Positions 9,719-18,209 of a stretch of DNA of 64,000 nucleotides are shown here, in pieces (positions within the stretch are counted from its first letter, which is position 1; every line of letters starts with the position of its first letter). The notes under the pieces were generated by a model. The model worked only from the letters and a program-made list of their open reading frames with translations, searched no databases and was not told the origin of the DNA. The position numbers were made by a program, and so were the translations under genes. Source of the DNA: an uncultured Rhodobacterales bacterium. Its GTDB lineage: Bacteria > Pseudomonadota > Alphaproteobacteria > Rhodobacterales > Rhodobacteraceae. The stretch is from NCBI GenBank assembly GCA_964425135.1, contig CAYRKW010000003.1, positions 618-64,617 of the forward strand, read 5' to 3'.

Positions 9719-10924
9719 GTGAATGTCAAGCCGTCCGCCCCCGCACGGGAGGCCGACAGACCAGCTGAACGCGCCAACTGCCGAGGAACAACAGTGCGAA
9801 CAAAGTCAAATGCTCCGACAGAAGCACGTCTGCTGCACGAACTTGTGCGCCACGGTCCGCAAAGCCGGGCCAAGCTGGCGAGCAGCCTAGGCGTGATGCG
9901 TTCGACTGTCGGAACGCAGGTAAATAAGCTCTTAAAGTCCGGTTTGCTGCGGGATGCGCACATGGCCGACACAGAGCAGACGGGCGCTGGCAGGCCTGGG
10001 TCCTTGCTTGATATCAATCCACACCATCGCTCGTTCATCGGGATAGATCTTGGCGTAGGTCACCTGCGCGGGGTTCTTGTGGATATGGCCGGTCACATGC
10101 TGGCCGAAACCTCCGAAGAGGTGCCTTTCGCGGATCAGACGCCCAGAGAAATGAGCACGCGAATCGCCCGGATTCTCACGCGTCTCAAGCGCAAGGCCCC
10201 CGCATTGGACGGCGCAATGATCAGCGTTCCGGGCATTGTGAATTCCGCCGGCACCATCGTGCGTCTGCCGCGTCTGGACTGGCAAGATGTCTGCCTGCTG
10301 GACTATTTGACCGAAGAATTGCCAGATTTTGGACCCATCGACATAGACAATGACGCCAATGTTTTTGCGCGCGGTGAATTGCTGTCTGTCGATGAACACG
10401 ACGGATCTATCATCTATTTCTGGATGGATTCCGGCATCGGTGCAGGCATCGTTGTGAACAACACGCTGCTGGCAGGCGCGAACGGGCAGGCGGGCGAAAT
10501 GGGGCATATGTTCGCCAGAGCGCTTGGCGGACAGACCCGCGCCCGGCTCGATGACATCACGAGCGTTCCGGCGATCTTGCGGCATGCCAGATCAAACGGT
10601 TTGCCGGTTGAAACAATCGCGGATTTGGTCGCCAGGGTAGACCAAAACGATCCAAAAGCGCTACAGGTCCTAGAGGCCTGGGCAGATACAATGAGTGAAA
10701 CATTCTCTTCGCTGGCAAGTCTATTTGACCCCAAGTCGATGATCCTGTCAGGCCCGCTGGCGGCATTGCTTGAGCATGCCTTGCCTCAAGTTGAACAGAA
10801 AACGCGCGATCTGTTGTATCATGGCACAGTGATGCCAGCGCTCATTGTCCGCAAACACCGCAAATCCCGACTCGCGATGGCCTGCGCGACAATCCGGCGC
10901 AATGCCTTCTTGAGCGGCGCGTGA
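9719..10924 (+). CDS. ROK family transcriptional regulator (true start probably downstream of 9719)
   Basis: N-terminal wHTH (LLHELVRHGPQSRAKLASSLGVMRSTVGTQVNKLLKSGLL) followed by a sugar-kinase-like ROK body (GIDLGVGH..., GAGIVVNN, GEMGHM). It is divergent from the sugar ABC operon. Confidence 0.8.
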   Translation: MNVKPSAPAREADRPAERANCRGTTVRTKSNAPTEARLLHELVRHGPQSRAKLASSLGVMRSTVGTQVNKLLKSGLLRDAHMADTEQTGAGRPGSLLDINPHHRSFIGIDLGVGHLRGVLVDMAGHMLAETSEEVPFADQTPREMSTRIARILTRLKRKAPALDGAMISVPGIVNSAGTIVRLPRLDWQDVCLLDYLTEELPDFGPIDIDNDANVFARGELLSVDEHDGSIIYFWMDSGIGAGIVVNNTLLAGANGQAGEMGHMFARALGGQTRARLDDITSVPAILRHARSNGLPVETIADLVARVDQNDPKALQVLEAWADTMSETFSSLASLFDPKSMILSGPLAALLEHALPQVEQKTRDLLYHGTVMPALIVRKHRKSRLAMACATIRRNAFLSGA

Positions 10925-10928
10925 CCTC

Positions 10929-10983
10929 CGGGGCAGGGGGCGGGTCCGGGGCGGGGGTCGAGGTCGAGGTCGGGGTCGGGGAC
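10929..10983 (+). repeat. G-rich tract containing five tandem hexamers (GGGGTC GAGGTC GAGGTC GGGGTC GGGGAC); G-quadruplex-capable
   Basis: Read directly. At least 7 runs of three or more G within 55 nt, starting 5 nt after the ROK gene stop codon. Confidence 0.6.
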
Positions 10984-11050
10984 GAAAATACGGCATTGGC
11001 AGCGCTGGAGCGAACAACAGCAAGCTCTGACAGCACTCGCGCAGGACCGG

Positions 11051-11084
11051 AAAAGCGCCGCCGACCCGTTTTGTTGGACGGCGC
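11051..11084 (-). terminator. Candidate rho-independent terminator for the tct/atuA-like operon
   Basis: Stem GCGCCG(C)C / G(A)CGGCGC followed on the minus strand by TTTT. It lies 37 nt downstream of the DUF4387 gene stop. Confidence 0.45.
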
Positions 11085-11120
11085 GCAAACGAAGAGGTTC
11101 AGACTTACCGCACCACGCCT

Positions 11121-11447
11121 CTACCTCAATCGATCTGACGGCGGACACTCAACCTCCGCCAAAAGCGCCGCATAGGACGCGCCGTGCATGTCCCGATCAT
11201 CGCGCGATCCTTGCACCGCCGGGCGCGGCAGGCTGAACTTCACGACGTTCAGATCGGCGATATCGAACCGTTTGATATCCTCCACATTCGCCCCCAACAC
11301 CTCAGCCACCCGCGCGCTCGTCAGCCCGTTTGACACCCTCTCAAAGACCGCGCGCTCGCCGCAGAAAATATCAATCGTCAGCCAGAACGGGCCTGCGTTT
11401 TTCGAGCGCAATTTGTGAACGATGGACCCCAGATCAGCCAATATCAT
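11121..11447 (-). CDS. DUF4387-like small protein (usual partner of AtuA-family proteins)
   Basis: About 108 aa from Met MILADLGSIVHKLRSKNAGPFWLTIDIF. It overlaps the end of the upstream DUF1446 gene by 14 nt. The family assignment is from memory of the conserved pairing. Confidence 0.65.
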   Translation of the reverse strand: MILADLGSIVHKLRSKNAGPFWLTIDIFCGERAVFERVSNGLTSARVAEVLGANVEDIKRFDIADLNVVKFSLPRPAVQGSRDDRDMHGASYAALLAEVECPPSDRLR

Positions 11448-12783
11448 GCACCTCCAGCTCAAAGGCATCCATCGGATCATCCAGTTCAAGCACATGGTTC
11501 AGCGCAAACTCAAACACCTGCCCGCGCGAGATCTGCGAGGGCGAGAAGGGGAAGGCAAATGTCGGCTGCTCTTCCTCCACCGTTAACGGATGATGCAGCA
11601 AGTAGGGGTCGAGCATCTTGCCAATCTCGTCGCACATCGCCTCCGTAGGTGCTGTGACAATCCCCATCACACCCACCTCCGTCGGCGTAATATGCTTGCT
11701 CTCCAGCGCCCCGAAACTGGCGTTTTGCCCGATTATCCGCAGCTCAATCGCATAGTCTTCGGCGTCCAATCCCAGCCGATCCTTTATCTTCGCATTGCAC
11801 TTCATCGAAATATCATCGACCCAGGCGCGGGCGTTCTCCACGTAATGCCGATCGCGCAAAAGCGACATCAAAACGCTCTGATACCCCGCCGCCCGCGCGC
11901 CTTCGAGCTTGACGGTATAGACCTTTGAAGGCACCCATTTCGAACCCGTCACCCGGACCGAGCGCGCGTCAATCGCCTCGTATTTCGCCGCCGTCACATC
12001 CAGATACCCGCCCGGCTCATAGAGTATAAACGGATCGCTGTTCTCATAAAGCATATGCGCCGACACTGTATGCGGCGTCGCGTTGGCACCATCGGCAAGA
12101 GGGGTCACAGTGAAACCCTCCGCATCAAATTCCACAACGATAACGCCCGATTGCGGATTGCTGGCACACAACGCGCCGCACTCCCCGATTTTCGCCCCGT
12201 GCCAAGCGCCGCCCGCATGATTGCCGTTTTGCAGGGGAAGCGCCGCGATAATCGCGGTGTCCGTCGTGCGCCCTGCGATTATAATGTCAGCGCCGGTGTT
12301 TAGCGCGGCCTGAATTTGCTCCGCACCCGCCAAGGCGACGATGTTCGAGCAGTCACGCAGCGTATCTGGCGAGATGTCAGGCGCAGGGTCGAGCGGGGTG
12401 ATCTTGGCAAAATCCCGCGCCAACGCATCGCCCGATTGCGAGGATTTGAGCGTTGCGACCTTCACCCGTTCCCCGCGCTCGGCTGCAATCTCTCGCGTGA
12501 TCTCCAGCATCCAGTCCACAGTTGCATCCGTCCCGCACGTGCCCGCGGTTCCGATCACCAAAGGCACGCCCGCCTTCGCTCGCGCCGCCATCAGGCCGGC
12601 CCATTCGATCTTGGTGGAGGCGCGCGAGTATTTCGACACTCCGCGTCCCAGATAGGCCGGACCACTATCGGTCGAGCCGCCATCAATCGCGATGATATCG
12701 GGGCGCATCGCCAAGCCGCGTTCCAGCGCCACTTTGTCGTAGTTGAGACCCAGCGCGCCCGACGGGATCAGCACGCGCGTCAT
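11434..12783 (-). CDS. Acyclic terpene utilisation AtuA-family (DUF1446) protein
   Basis: 449 aa. The N-terminus (MTRVLIPSGALG...IAIDGGSTDSGPAYLG) is typical of DUF1446, and it is followed by a DUF4387-like ORF. Confidence 0.7.
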   Translation of the reverse strand: MTRVLIPSGALGLNYDKVALERGLAMRPDIIAIDGGSTDSGPAYLGRGVSKYSRASTKIEWAGLMAARAKAGVPLVIGTAGTCGTDATVDWMLEITREIAAERGERVKVATLKSSQSGDALARDFAKITPLDPAPDISPDTLRDCSNIVALAGAEQIQAALNTGADIIIAGRTTDTAIIAALPLQNGNHAGGAWHGAKIGECGALCASNPQSGVIVVEFDAEGFTVTPLADGANATPHTVSAHMLYENSDPFILYEPGGYLDVTAAKYEAIDARSVRVTGSKWVPSKVYTVKLEGARAAGYQSVLMSLLRDRHYVENARAWVDDISMKCNAKIKDRLGLDAEDYAIELRIIGQNASFGALESKHITPTEVGVMGIVTAPTEAMCDEIGKMLDPYLLHHPLTVEEEQPTFAFPFSPSQISRGQVFEFALNHVLELDDPMDAFELEVHDIG

Positions 12784-13133
12784 TCCGCCTTGTCCGCGTT
12801 GCGATCAAAGAGCCACATGAACAGATCATAAGCGACGACAAAGGACAGGATTGCGAGCAGCAGATTGATGATATTTTGCGCCATCAACCCGCCCGACATC
12901 GCCCACAGAACATGAATGATGCAGGCAGCCATGACCACCAGGGCAACCGCGAGCAAGCCACGCTGCACCCCCGCCCGTGCCAGCCATATCGCCGCGACAA
13001 TAAGCGCGCCTGTCAGCACAGTGCGCCCCGCCAGCGCCATATCTCCATCGGCCAGCGCCAGCCCCGCGAGTGCTGCGAACACCACCCCATGGGCGATCAT
13101 CATGTATCGCAGTGTTTTGAGCGCCAAATACAC
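12780..13133 (-). CDS. Small integral membrane protein, function unknown (about 4 TM)
   Basis: 117 aa and highly hydrophobic. There is an ATGA overlap with the atuA-like start, and it lies 5 nt after tctA. Confidence 0.55.
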   Translation of the reverse strand: MYLALKTLRYMMIAHGVVFAALAGLALADGDMALAGRTVLTGALIVAAIWLARAGVQRGLLAVALVVMAACIIHVLWAMSGGLMAQNIINLLLAILSFVVAYDLFMWLFDRNADKAE

Positions 13134-13137
13134 CGGT

Positions 13138-14643
13138 CTAATCCGTCACCGCTTGCGGCTTTTTCAACAAACCGCGCAGGAACATCGGTGCGATGAAACC
13201 GGCAACCGCTGCAATCCAAAGTCCAATCGCAATCGGCGTCGAGAAGAGGTACAGAACATCCCCATCCGACAGCACCATCGCCCGCCGCAGCGCATTCTCC
13301 ATATGCCCGCCCAACAAAATACCCAGGATCACAGGCACGGTCGGTACATCCAGCTTGCGCAGGAAATACCCCAGCACCCCAAACGCGACCATAAGGAGCA
13401 GATCGAAATAGCTTCCTGATAGCGAGTAGATTCCTACAAACGAAATCATCGTCACTCCCGGCAGCAGCACCCATGCAGGCACGCTCAGCACTTTGACGAA
13501 AATCTTCACCATCGGCACATTCATCAGCAAAAGCACGATATTGGCGATCAAAAGCGATGCGATCAGCCCCCAGACAACCTCCGGCCTGTCGGTAAACAGC
13601 GTCGGTCCCGGCGTGATATTCAGTGTCATCAATAGCGCGAGCAGCACCGCTGTCGTCCCCGACCCCGGCACGCCCAACGTCAGCATGGGCACCAGCGCAC
13701 CGCCCGCCGCTGCGTTATTGCCAGCCTCCGGTGCCGCGACGCCCTTGGCCACGCCCGTGCCAAAACCTGCCTCCGGCCCAGCGACGGATTTTTCCGACAT
13801 ATAGGCCAGAAAACTCCCCAGTGACGCACCCGCCCCCGGCAAAATCCCTGCGATAAACCCAACGCCAGAGGCGCGCAGCATTGTCCATTTCGTCGCGATA
13901 ATATCGCGCCACGGGATTGTCACCCGCTCCAGCTTCACGCCGATGGACGAGCCTTTGCCGTGGCTTTCGATGAAGAAAAACACCTCCGCAATCGCGAACA
14001 GGCCAACGATGGCGACAAGGAAATCGACACCGTCCATCAGGTGCATGTTGCCCCCCGTCAGGCGCGGCAGGCCCGAAGAGTTATCCACCCCGATCATCGC
14101 AATCCCCAGCCCCAGACAGGCGGCAATCGCGGATTTTGCCTGATTGTTCGAGGCCATCCCGCCAAGCGTGCAAAACGCCAGCAGATAGAGCGCGAAATAC
14201 TCCGCCGGGCCAAAGAGATAGGCGACACGCGCCAAGAGCGGTGCAAGCAGCATCAGGCCGACCGTGGCCAGAAACGCTCCAACAAAGCTCGCAACACCCG
14301 ATAGCACCAGCGCATCGCCCGCGCGCCCTGCTTTGGCCATCGGATAGCCATCGAGCGTTGTCATCAGCGCCGGCTCGTCTCCGGGAATGTTGAGCAGAAT
14401 GGACGAAATCCGCCCGCCATACATCGCACCGTAGTAGACAGCGGTCATCAGAACCAGCGCCGAGGTCGCGTCAAGGCCAAGCGAGAAGGTCAGCGGGATC
14501 AGGATCGCCACGCCATTCGATGGCCCAAGCCCCGGAAGCGCGCCGATGATGGTGCCTAAAAAGCACCCGATCACCGCTAGCATCAGCGTGTAGGGCGTGA
14601 GCGCGATTGAAAAACCGAGCGCCAGGTTTGCAAGAATATCCAT
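13138..14643 (-). CDS. tctA: Tripartite tricarboxylate transporter permease TctA
   Basis: 501-aa polytopic protein in the tctC-tctB-tctA gene order. Confidence 0.9.
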   Translation of the reverse strand: MDILANLALGFSIALTPYTLMLAVIGCFLGTIIGALPGLGPSNGVAILIPLTFSLGLDATSALVLMTAVYYGAMYGGRISSILLNIPGDEPALMTTLDGYPMAKAGRAGDALVLSGVASFVGAFLATVGLMLLAPLLARVAYLFGPAEYFALYLLAFCTLGGMASNNQAKSAIAACLGLGIAMIGVDNSSGLPRLTGGNMHLMDGVDFLVAIVGLFAIAEVFFFIESHGKGSSIGVKLERVTIPWRDIIATKWTMLRASGVGFIAGILPGAGASLGSFLAYMSEKSVAGPEAGFGTGVAKGVAAPEAGNNAAAGGALVPMLTLGVPGSGTTAVLLALLMTLNITPGPTLFTDRPEVVWGLIASLLIANIVLLLMNVPMVKIFVKVLSVPAWVLLPGVTMISFVGIYSLSGSYFDLLLMVAFGVLGYFLRKLDVPTVPVILGILLGGHMENALRRAMVLSDGDVLYLFSTPIAIGLWIAAVAGFIAPMFLRGLLKKPQAVTD

Positions 14644-15084
14644 TTAGCCGAGCCATCCTTTCGGGAAGGCCACAAGCCCAAGATCAAGCGCGTATTTGAA
14701 CAAAATGAATAGCCCAACCGACAAGCCAATGCCCGTCAGCGCGGCCGGAACGGGGCGCGGCGATATCTGATAGCTCAGAATGCCAGCTGCGAAAATCGTC
14801 GGGATGATAAAGCCCAGCGGCTTGAGGAGGTAGGCGTAGATCACCAGCACAATGACCGCGATCAGGATCGCGCCGAAGGTGCGAAACGCGGGCCAATTGG
14901 GGTCGGGGTCGGGCTTGAAAATCAGCACCAGCGCCGAGATCGCCGAAACAATGCCGACAAGGATGGGGAAGGCTTTGGGGCCAACCGGGTCGGACAGAAA
15001 ACTTGTCTGAATCTGTGTGGCGCTCGCGATATACGCGCGCGCCGTCATCAATATGACCAGACCGAAAATCCGGTCAGAGGCCAT
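14644..15084 (-). CDS. tctB: Tripartite tricarboxylate transporter TctB family small membrane subunit
   Basis: 146 aa, 4 TM, located between tctC and tctA. The junction with tctC is a TAATG stop/start overlap. Confidence 0.75.
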   Translation of the reverse strand: MASDRIFGLVILMTARAYIASATQIQTSFLSDPVGPKAFPILVGIVSAISALVLIFKPDPDPNWPAFRTFGAILIAVIVLVIYAYLLKPLGFIIPTIFAAGILSYQISPRPVPAALTGIGLSVGLFILFKYALDLGLVAFPKGWLG

Positions 15085-16052
15085 TACTGGATAACCCCGA
15101 TGTCTTTCGAGAGCTGGTTAATCTCAGCAACAAGACCGTCCACGTAGGACTGGAAATCACCGCCAACTTTGGTGAATGGCGCCAGACCGTTTGCGGCCAT
15201 CGCCTCTTTCCACTCAGCGCTATCGGCAACCATTTGCAACTTGTCGGCCCAGGAGTTGAACACATCGTCCGAGACACCGCGCGGAATATAAAGCCCGCGC
15301 CAGTTCACTGCGACAACGTCAAAGCCTTGCTCTTTGGCTGTCGGGATGTCGTCAAAACCCGGCACACGCTCGTCGGTCAGAACCGCCAAAGCCCGCACTT
15401 CGCCTGCTTTGAGGAAGCCCACGATCTCGGACATATCGCCGGTCATCGCCTGGGTGAACCCGCCAACGGTCTGCGTGATCGCATCCGCACCGCCATCAAC
15501 GCCGATGTATTTCACGGCTGTGATGTCGGTAAAGCCCGCGCGTTGCAGGATCATCAAAGGCTTAAGGTGGTCAAACCCGCCAACAGCAGAGCCGCCAGCA
15601 AAAGCCACCGACGAAGGATCCGCCTTGATCGCATCGACCAGATCGCCCAGCGATTGGTGAGGGCTGTCAGCGGCCACAACGATCACGCCCGGATCAGCAC
15701 CGATTGCACCCACAAAACGCACCTGATCGGCGGTCATGCCCGCATAGGCGTTTTGCGCCAGCCGTGTCGAGGTCGCCGAAGAGGCCGCCACGATCAGATC
15801 CGCGTCCTCATTGCGCTCAGTGACAACGTGACCATAGGCCAGACCGCCACCGGCACCGGCCATATTGGTGACCTGGATAGGCTTATCAACGGCGCCAATG
15901 TCGTGCATGATCTTGCCGATCTGACGACAAGTGAAGTCCCAGCCACCGCCCGGGTTAGCAGGCGCAATGCACTCTGCGGCCACCGACGGGGTCACGCTGC
16001 CAAATGTGATGGCCGCACCAATCAGTGCCGCCTTGAAAAAACGAGGTGTCAT
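15084..16052 (-). CDS. tctC: Tripartite tricarboxylate transporter substrate-binding protein (TctC/Bug family)
   Basis: Start placed at the internal Met MTPRFFKAALIGAAITFGSVTPSVAA, which gives a signal peptide. About 322 aa, the typical Bug size. Confidence 0.85.
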   Translation of the reverse strand: MTPRFFKAALIGAAITFGSVTPSVAAECIAPANPGGGWDFTCRQIGKIMHDIGAVDKPIQVTNMAGAGGGLAYGHVVTERNEDADLIVAASSATSTRLAQNAYAGMTADQVRFVGAIGADPGVIVVAADSPHQSLGDLVDAIKADPSSVAFAGGSAVGGFDHLKPLMILQRAGFTDITAVKYIGVDGGADAITQTVGGFTQAMTGDMSEIVGFLKAGEVRALAVLTDERVPGFDDIPTAKEQGFDVVAVNWRGLYIPRGVSDDVFNSWADKLQMVADSAEWKEAMAANGLAPFTKVGGDFQSYVDGLVAEINQLSKDIGVIQ

Positions 16053-16230
16053 GATCTTCTCCCTAAGAATGCAGCTCTTGAGGCTGCCTTTCATACTGCC
16101 AGACCGAACCATCGTATGAACCGCATCTGGCGCATGTAATCGAGTATGGTCGTTTTGCACGTGATGACAATGTAATTTCGCAAGGGCAGTATTGACCGGC
16201 GATGCGATGCGACGGGATCAGGGGGAGCGG

Positions 16231-16307
16231 TGGTAGGCCCGGAGGGACTCGAACCCCCAACCAAAGCGTTATGAGCGCTCTGCTCTAACCAATTGAGCTA
16301 CAGGCCC
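16231..16307 (-). tRNA. tRNA with CAT anticodon (elongator Met, or Ile2 if lysidine-modified; not initiator-like)
   Basis: The reverse complement GGGCCTGTAGCTCAATTGGTTAGAGCAGAGCGCTCATAACGCTTTGGTTGGGGGTTCGAGTCCCTCCGGGCCTACCA folds as a cloverleaf with anticodon loop CTCATAA, a TTCGAGT T-loop and an encoded CCA. Confidence 0.9.
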
Positions 16308-16419
16308 GCCTGACCGCCCTGATAGGCGCGTGGTGCCAAAGCGTCAAGAACTGCGTTTTCAAGCGCGCGATCATGCGCTAAGGGGCGCGCAAGATGCACA
16401 TGATCCAAGGACCAGCCGC

Positions 16420-17460
16420 ATGACCGACGCCAAGCACTCCCTGACCTATGCCGACGCAGGCGTGGACATCGATGCGGGCAACGCGCTGGTGGAACGGATC
16501 AAACCTGCGGCCAGACGCACCAATCGCAGCGGCGTAATGGCAGGTCTGGGCGGCTTTGGCGCGCTCTTTGATCTTAAGGGCGCAGGCTACGAAGACCCGA
16601 TCCTCGTCGCTGCCACCGACGGCGTTGGGACAAAGCTGCGCATCGCAATTGATACGGGCGTTCTGGATGGCATTGGCCGCGATCTGGTGGCGATGTGCGT
16701 CAATGATCTGATCTGTCAAGGCGCCGAGCCGCTCTTCTTTCTGGATTATTTTGCGACCGGCAAACTCGATCTGGACGCCGCCACCGCCATCATCGGCGGC
16801 ATTGCCGATGGCTGCGCCGATGCTGGCTGCGCGCTTATTGGCGGTGAGACGGCGGAAATGCCGGGCATGTATGCTGCCGATGATTTCGATCTCGCCGGAT
16901 TTTCCGTCGGCGCGATGGAACGGGGCGGGGCCTACCCCAAAGACGTGGGTGAGGGTGACGTCCTTATCGGGCTCAACTCAGATGGCGTACACTCCAATGG
17001 CTATTCGCTTGTGCGCCGTGTGGTGGAACGCGAGGGCCTCGCATGGTCGGACCCGGCGCCTTTCGCCGATGAGCCGCTCGGTCAAGCGCTTCTGCGCCCG
17101 ACGAAAATATACGTCAAATCCGCCCTCTCGGTCTTGCCGCACGTGAACGCGCTCGCCCATATCACCGGCGGCGGCCTGACCGAAAACCTGCCGCGCGTTC
17201 TGCCCGATGGCCTTGGCGCGCAAATCGATCTCAATAGCTGGGCGCTCCCACCCGTCTTCCGCTGGCTCTGCGATGCAGCCAAAATCGAAGCGGCCGAGGC
17301 GCTCAAAACCTTCAACTGCGGCATCGGCATGGTTCTGGTTGCGCCAAGCGGCAACGCGAAAGCCGTTATGGATCAACTGGCAGAGCAAGGCGAGACCGCG
17401 CAAATCATCGGCGCTGTTACCGCCACATCCGGCGTGACTTACAGCGGATCGCTGGGGTGA
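16420..17460 (+). CDS. purM: Phosphoribosylformylglycinamidine cyclo-ligase (AIR synthetase)
   Basis: Start at MTDAKHSLTYADAGVDIDAGN. PurM family, followed by purN with a 4-nt overlap. Confidence 0.95.
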   Translation: MTDAKHSLTYADAGVDIDAGNALVERIKPAARRTNRSGVMAGLGGFGALFDLKGAGYEDPILVAATDGVGTKLRIAIDTGVLDGIGRDLVAMCVNDLICQGAEPLFFLDYFATGKLDLDAATAIIGGIADGCADAGCALIGGETAEMPGMYAADDFDLAGFSVGAMERGGAYPKDVGEGDVLIGLNSDGVHSNGYSLVRRVVEREGLAWSDPAPFADEPLGQALLRPTKIYVKSALSVLPHVNALAHITGGGLTENLPRVLPDGLGAQIDLNSWALPPVFRWLCDAAKIEAAEALKTFNCGIGMVLVAPSGNAKAVMDQLAEQGETAQIIGAVTATSGVTYSGSLG

Positions 17461-18065
17461 ATACCGCTATCCTCATCTCCGGCAGCGGCTCGAACATGGT
17501 TGCGCTGGTCGAGGCGATGCAAAGCGGTCTGGCCCAAGCAACGCCCAAACTTGTCCTGTCGAACAAAAGCGATGCGGGCGGTCTGGCCAAAGCGCAGGCG
17601 ATGGGCGTGCCCACCCAAGTGCTCGACCATCGCGGCTATCAAAGCCGAGGCGCGTTCGAGACCGCGCTGCATGATCTGCTGACCGATCATGCCATCGACC
17701 TCATTTGCCTGGCCGGTTTCATGCGCATCCTGGGCGCTGAGTTTGTTGGCAAATGGCAGGGCCGCATGCTCAACGTCCATCCCTCCATTCTGCCCGCCCT
17801 GCGCGGCCTTGAAACCCATGCCCGCGCGCTGGACGAAGGCTGGGTGCATCACGGCTGCACGGTCCATGAGGTCACGCCCGAACTCGATGAAGGCCCGATT
17901 GTCGGGCAGGGCATCGTCCCGGTTCACCCCGATGATGATCCCCAAACCCTGGCGCGGCGTGTGCTGGCGATGGAACATCGTCTCTACCCGCAGGCCTTGG
18001 CGCGGTTTGTCTCCGGCGACCGGACGATCCTACGTCTGGTCGATGACAGCATAACCGCCGGATAA
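17457..18065 (+). CDS. purN: Phosphoribosylglycinamide formyltransferase
   Basis: 202 aa with ISGSGSN and NVHPSILP motifs, in the purMN arrangement. Confidence 0.9.
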   Translation: MNTAILISGSGSNMVALVEAMQSGLAQATPKLVLSNKSDAGGLAKAQAMGVPTQVLDHRGYQSRGAFETALHDLLTDHAIDLICLAGFMRILGAEFVGKWQGRMLNVHPSILPALRGLETHARALDEGWVHHGCTVHEVTPELDEGPIVGQGIVPVHPDDDPQTLARRVLAMEHRLYPQALARFVSGDRTILRLVDDSITAG

Positions 18066-18209
18066 TACCTCTCCCACCTCAAATTGGTCCTTAATTGGTG
18101 CAATAAATTCGCTGTTTGGTTTTGAACTGGTTTCGCGGTATGGTGCTGATGTGCGTCATTCCGACGCAACAAGAAACAGAACCGATCAACCTCAACAGGG
18201 ACGAGGATA

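Noticed and set aside
11041-11100. Possible fourth, degenerate copy of the dispersed post-stop-codon element (GGAAAAGCGCCGCC...GGCGCGCAAACGAAGAGGTTC)
   Set aside because: It shares only short GC-rich words. The invariant 12-mer and 21-mer are absent. It is better explained as an ordinary hairpin-plus-U-tract terminator for the DUF4387 gene.
10748-11148. Overlapping minus-strand ORFs encoding PRPRPRPRPPP-type peptides
   Set aside because: They are an artefact of reading the G-rich hexamer repeat (10929-10983) on the complementary strand, in a convergent intergenic region.
15234-16139. 301-aa plus-strand ORF
   Set aside because: It is antisense to tctC and is a shadow ORF with an Arg/His-rich composition.
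16231-16307. tRNA genes (16231-16307 and 50370-50446) as possible genomic-island integration sites
   Set aside because: There is no integrase, direct repeat of the tRNA 3-prime end, or mobility gene within several kb. The flanks are purM/tctC and trpF-like/DASS transporter genes.
18066-18209. NtrC half-site (TGGTGCA) and sigma-54-like TGGTGC-N-TGC upstream of the Amt-family gene
   Set aside because: The GG/GC spacing is off by one relative to the -24/-12 consensus and the NtrC palindrome lacks a left half, so it is not supportable by eye.
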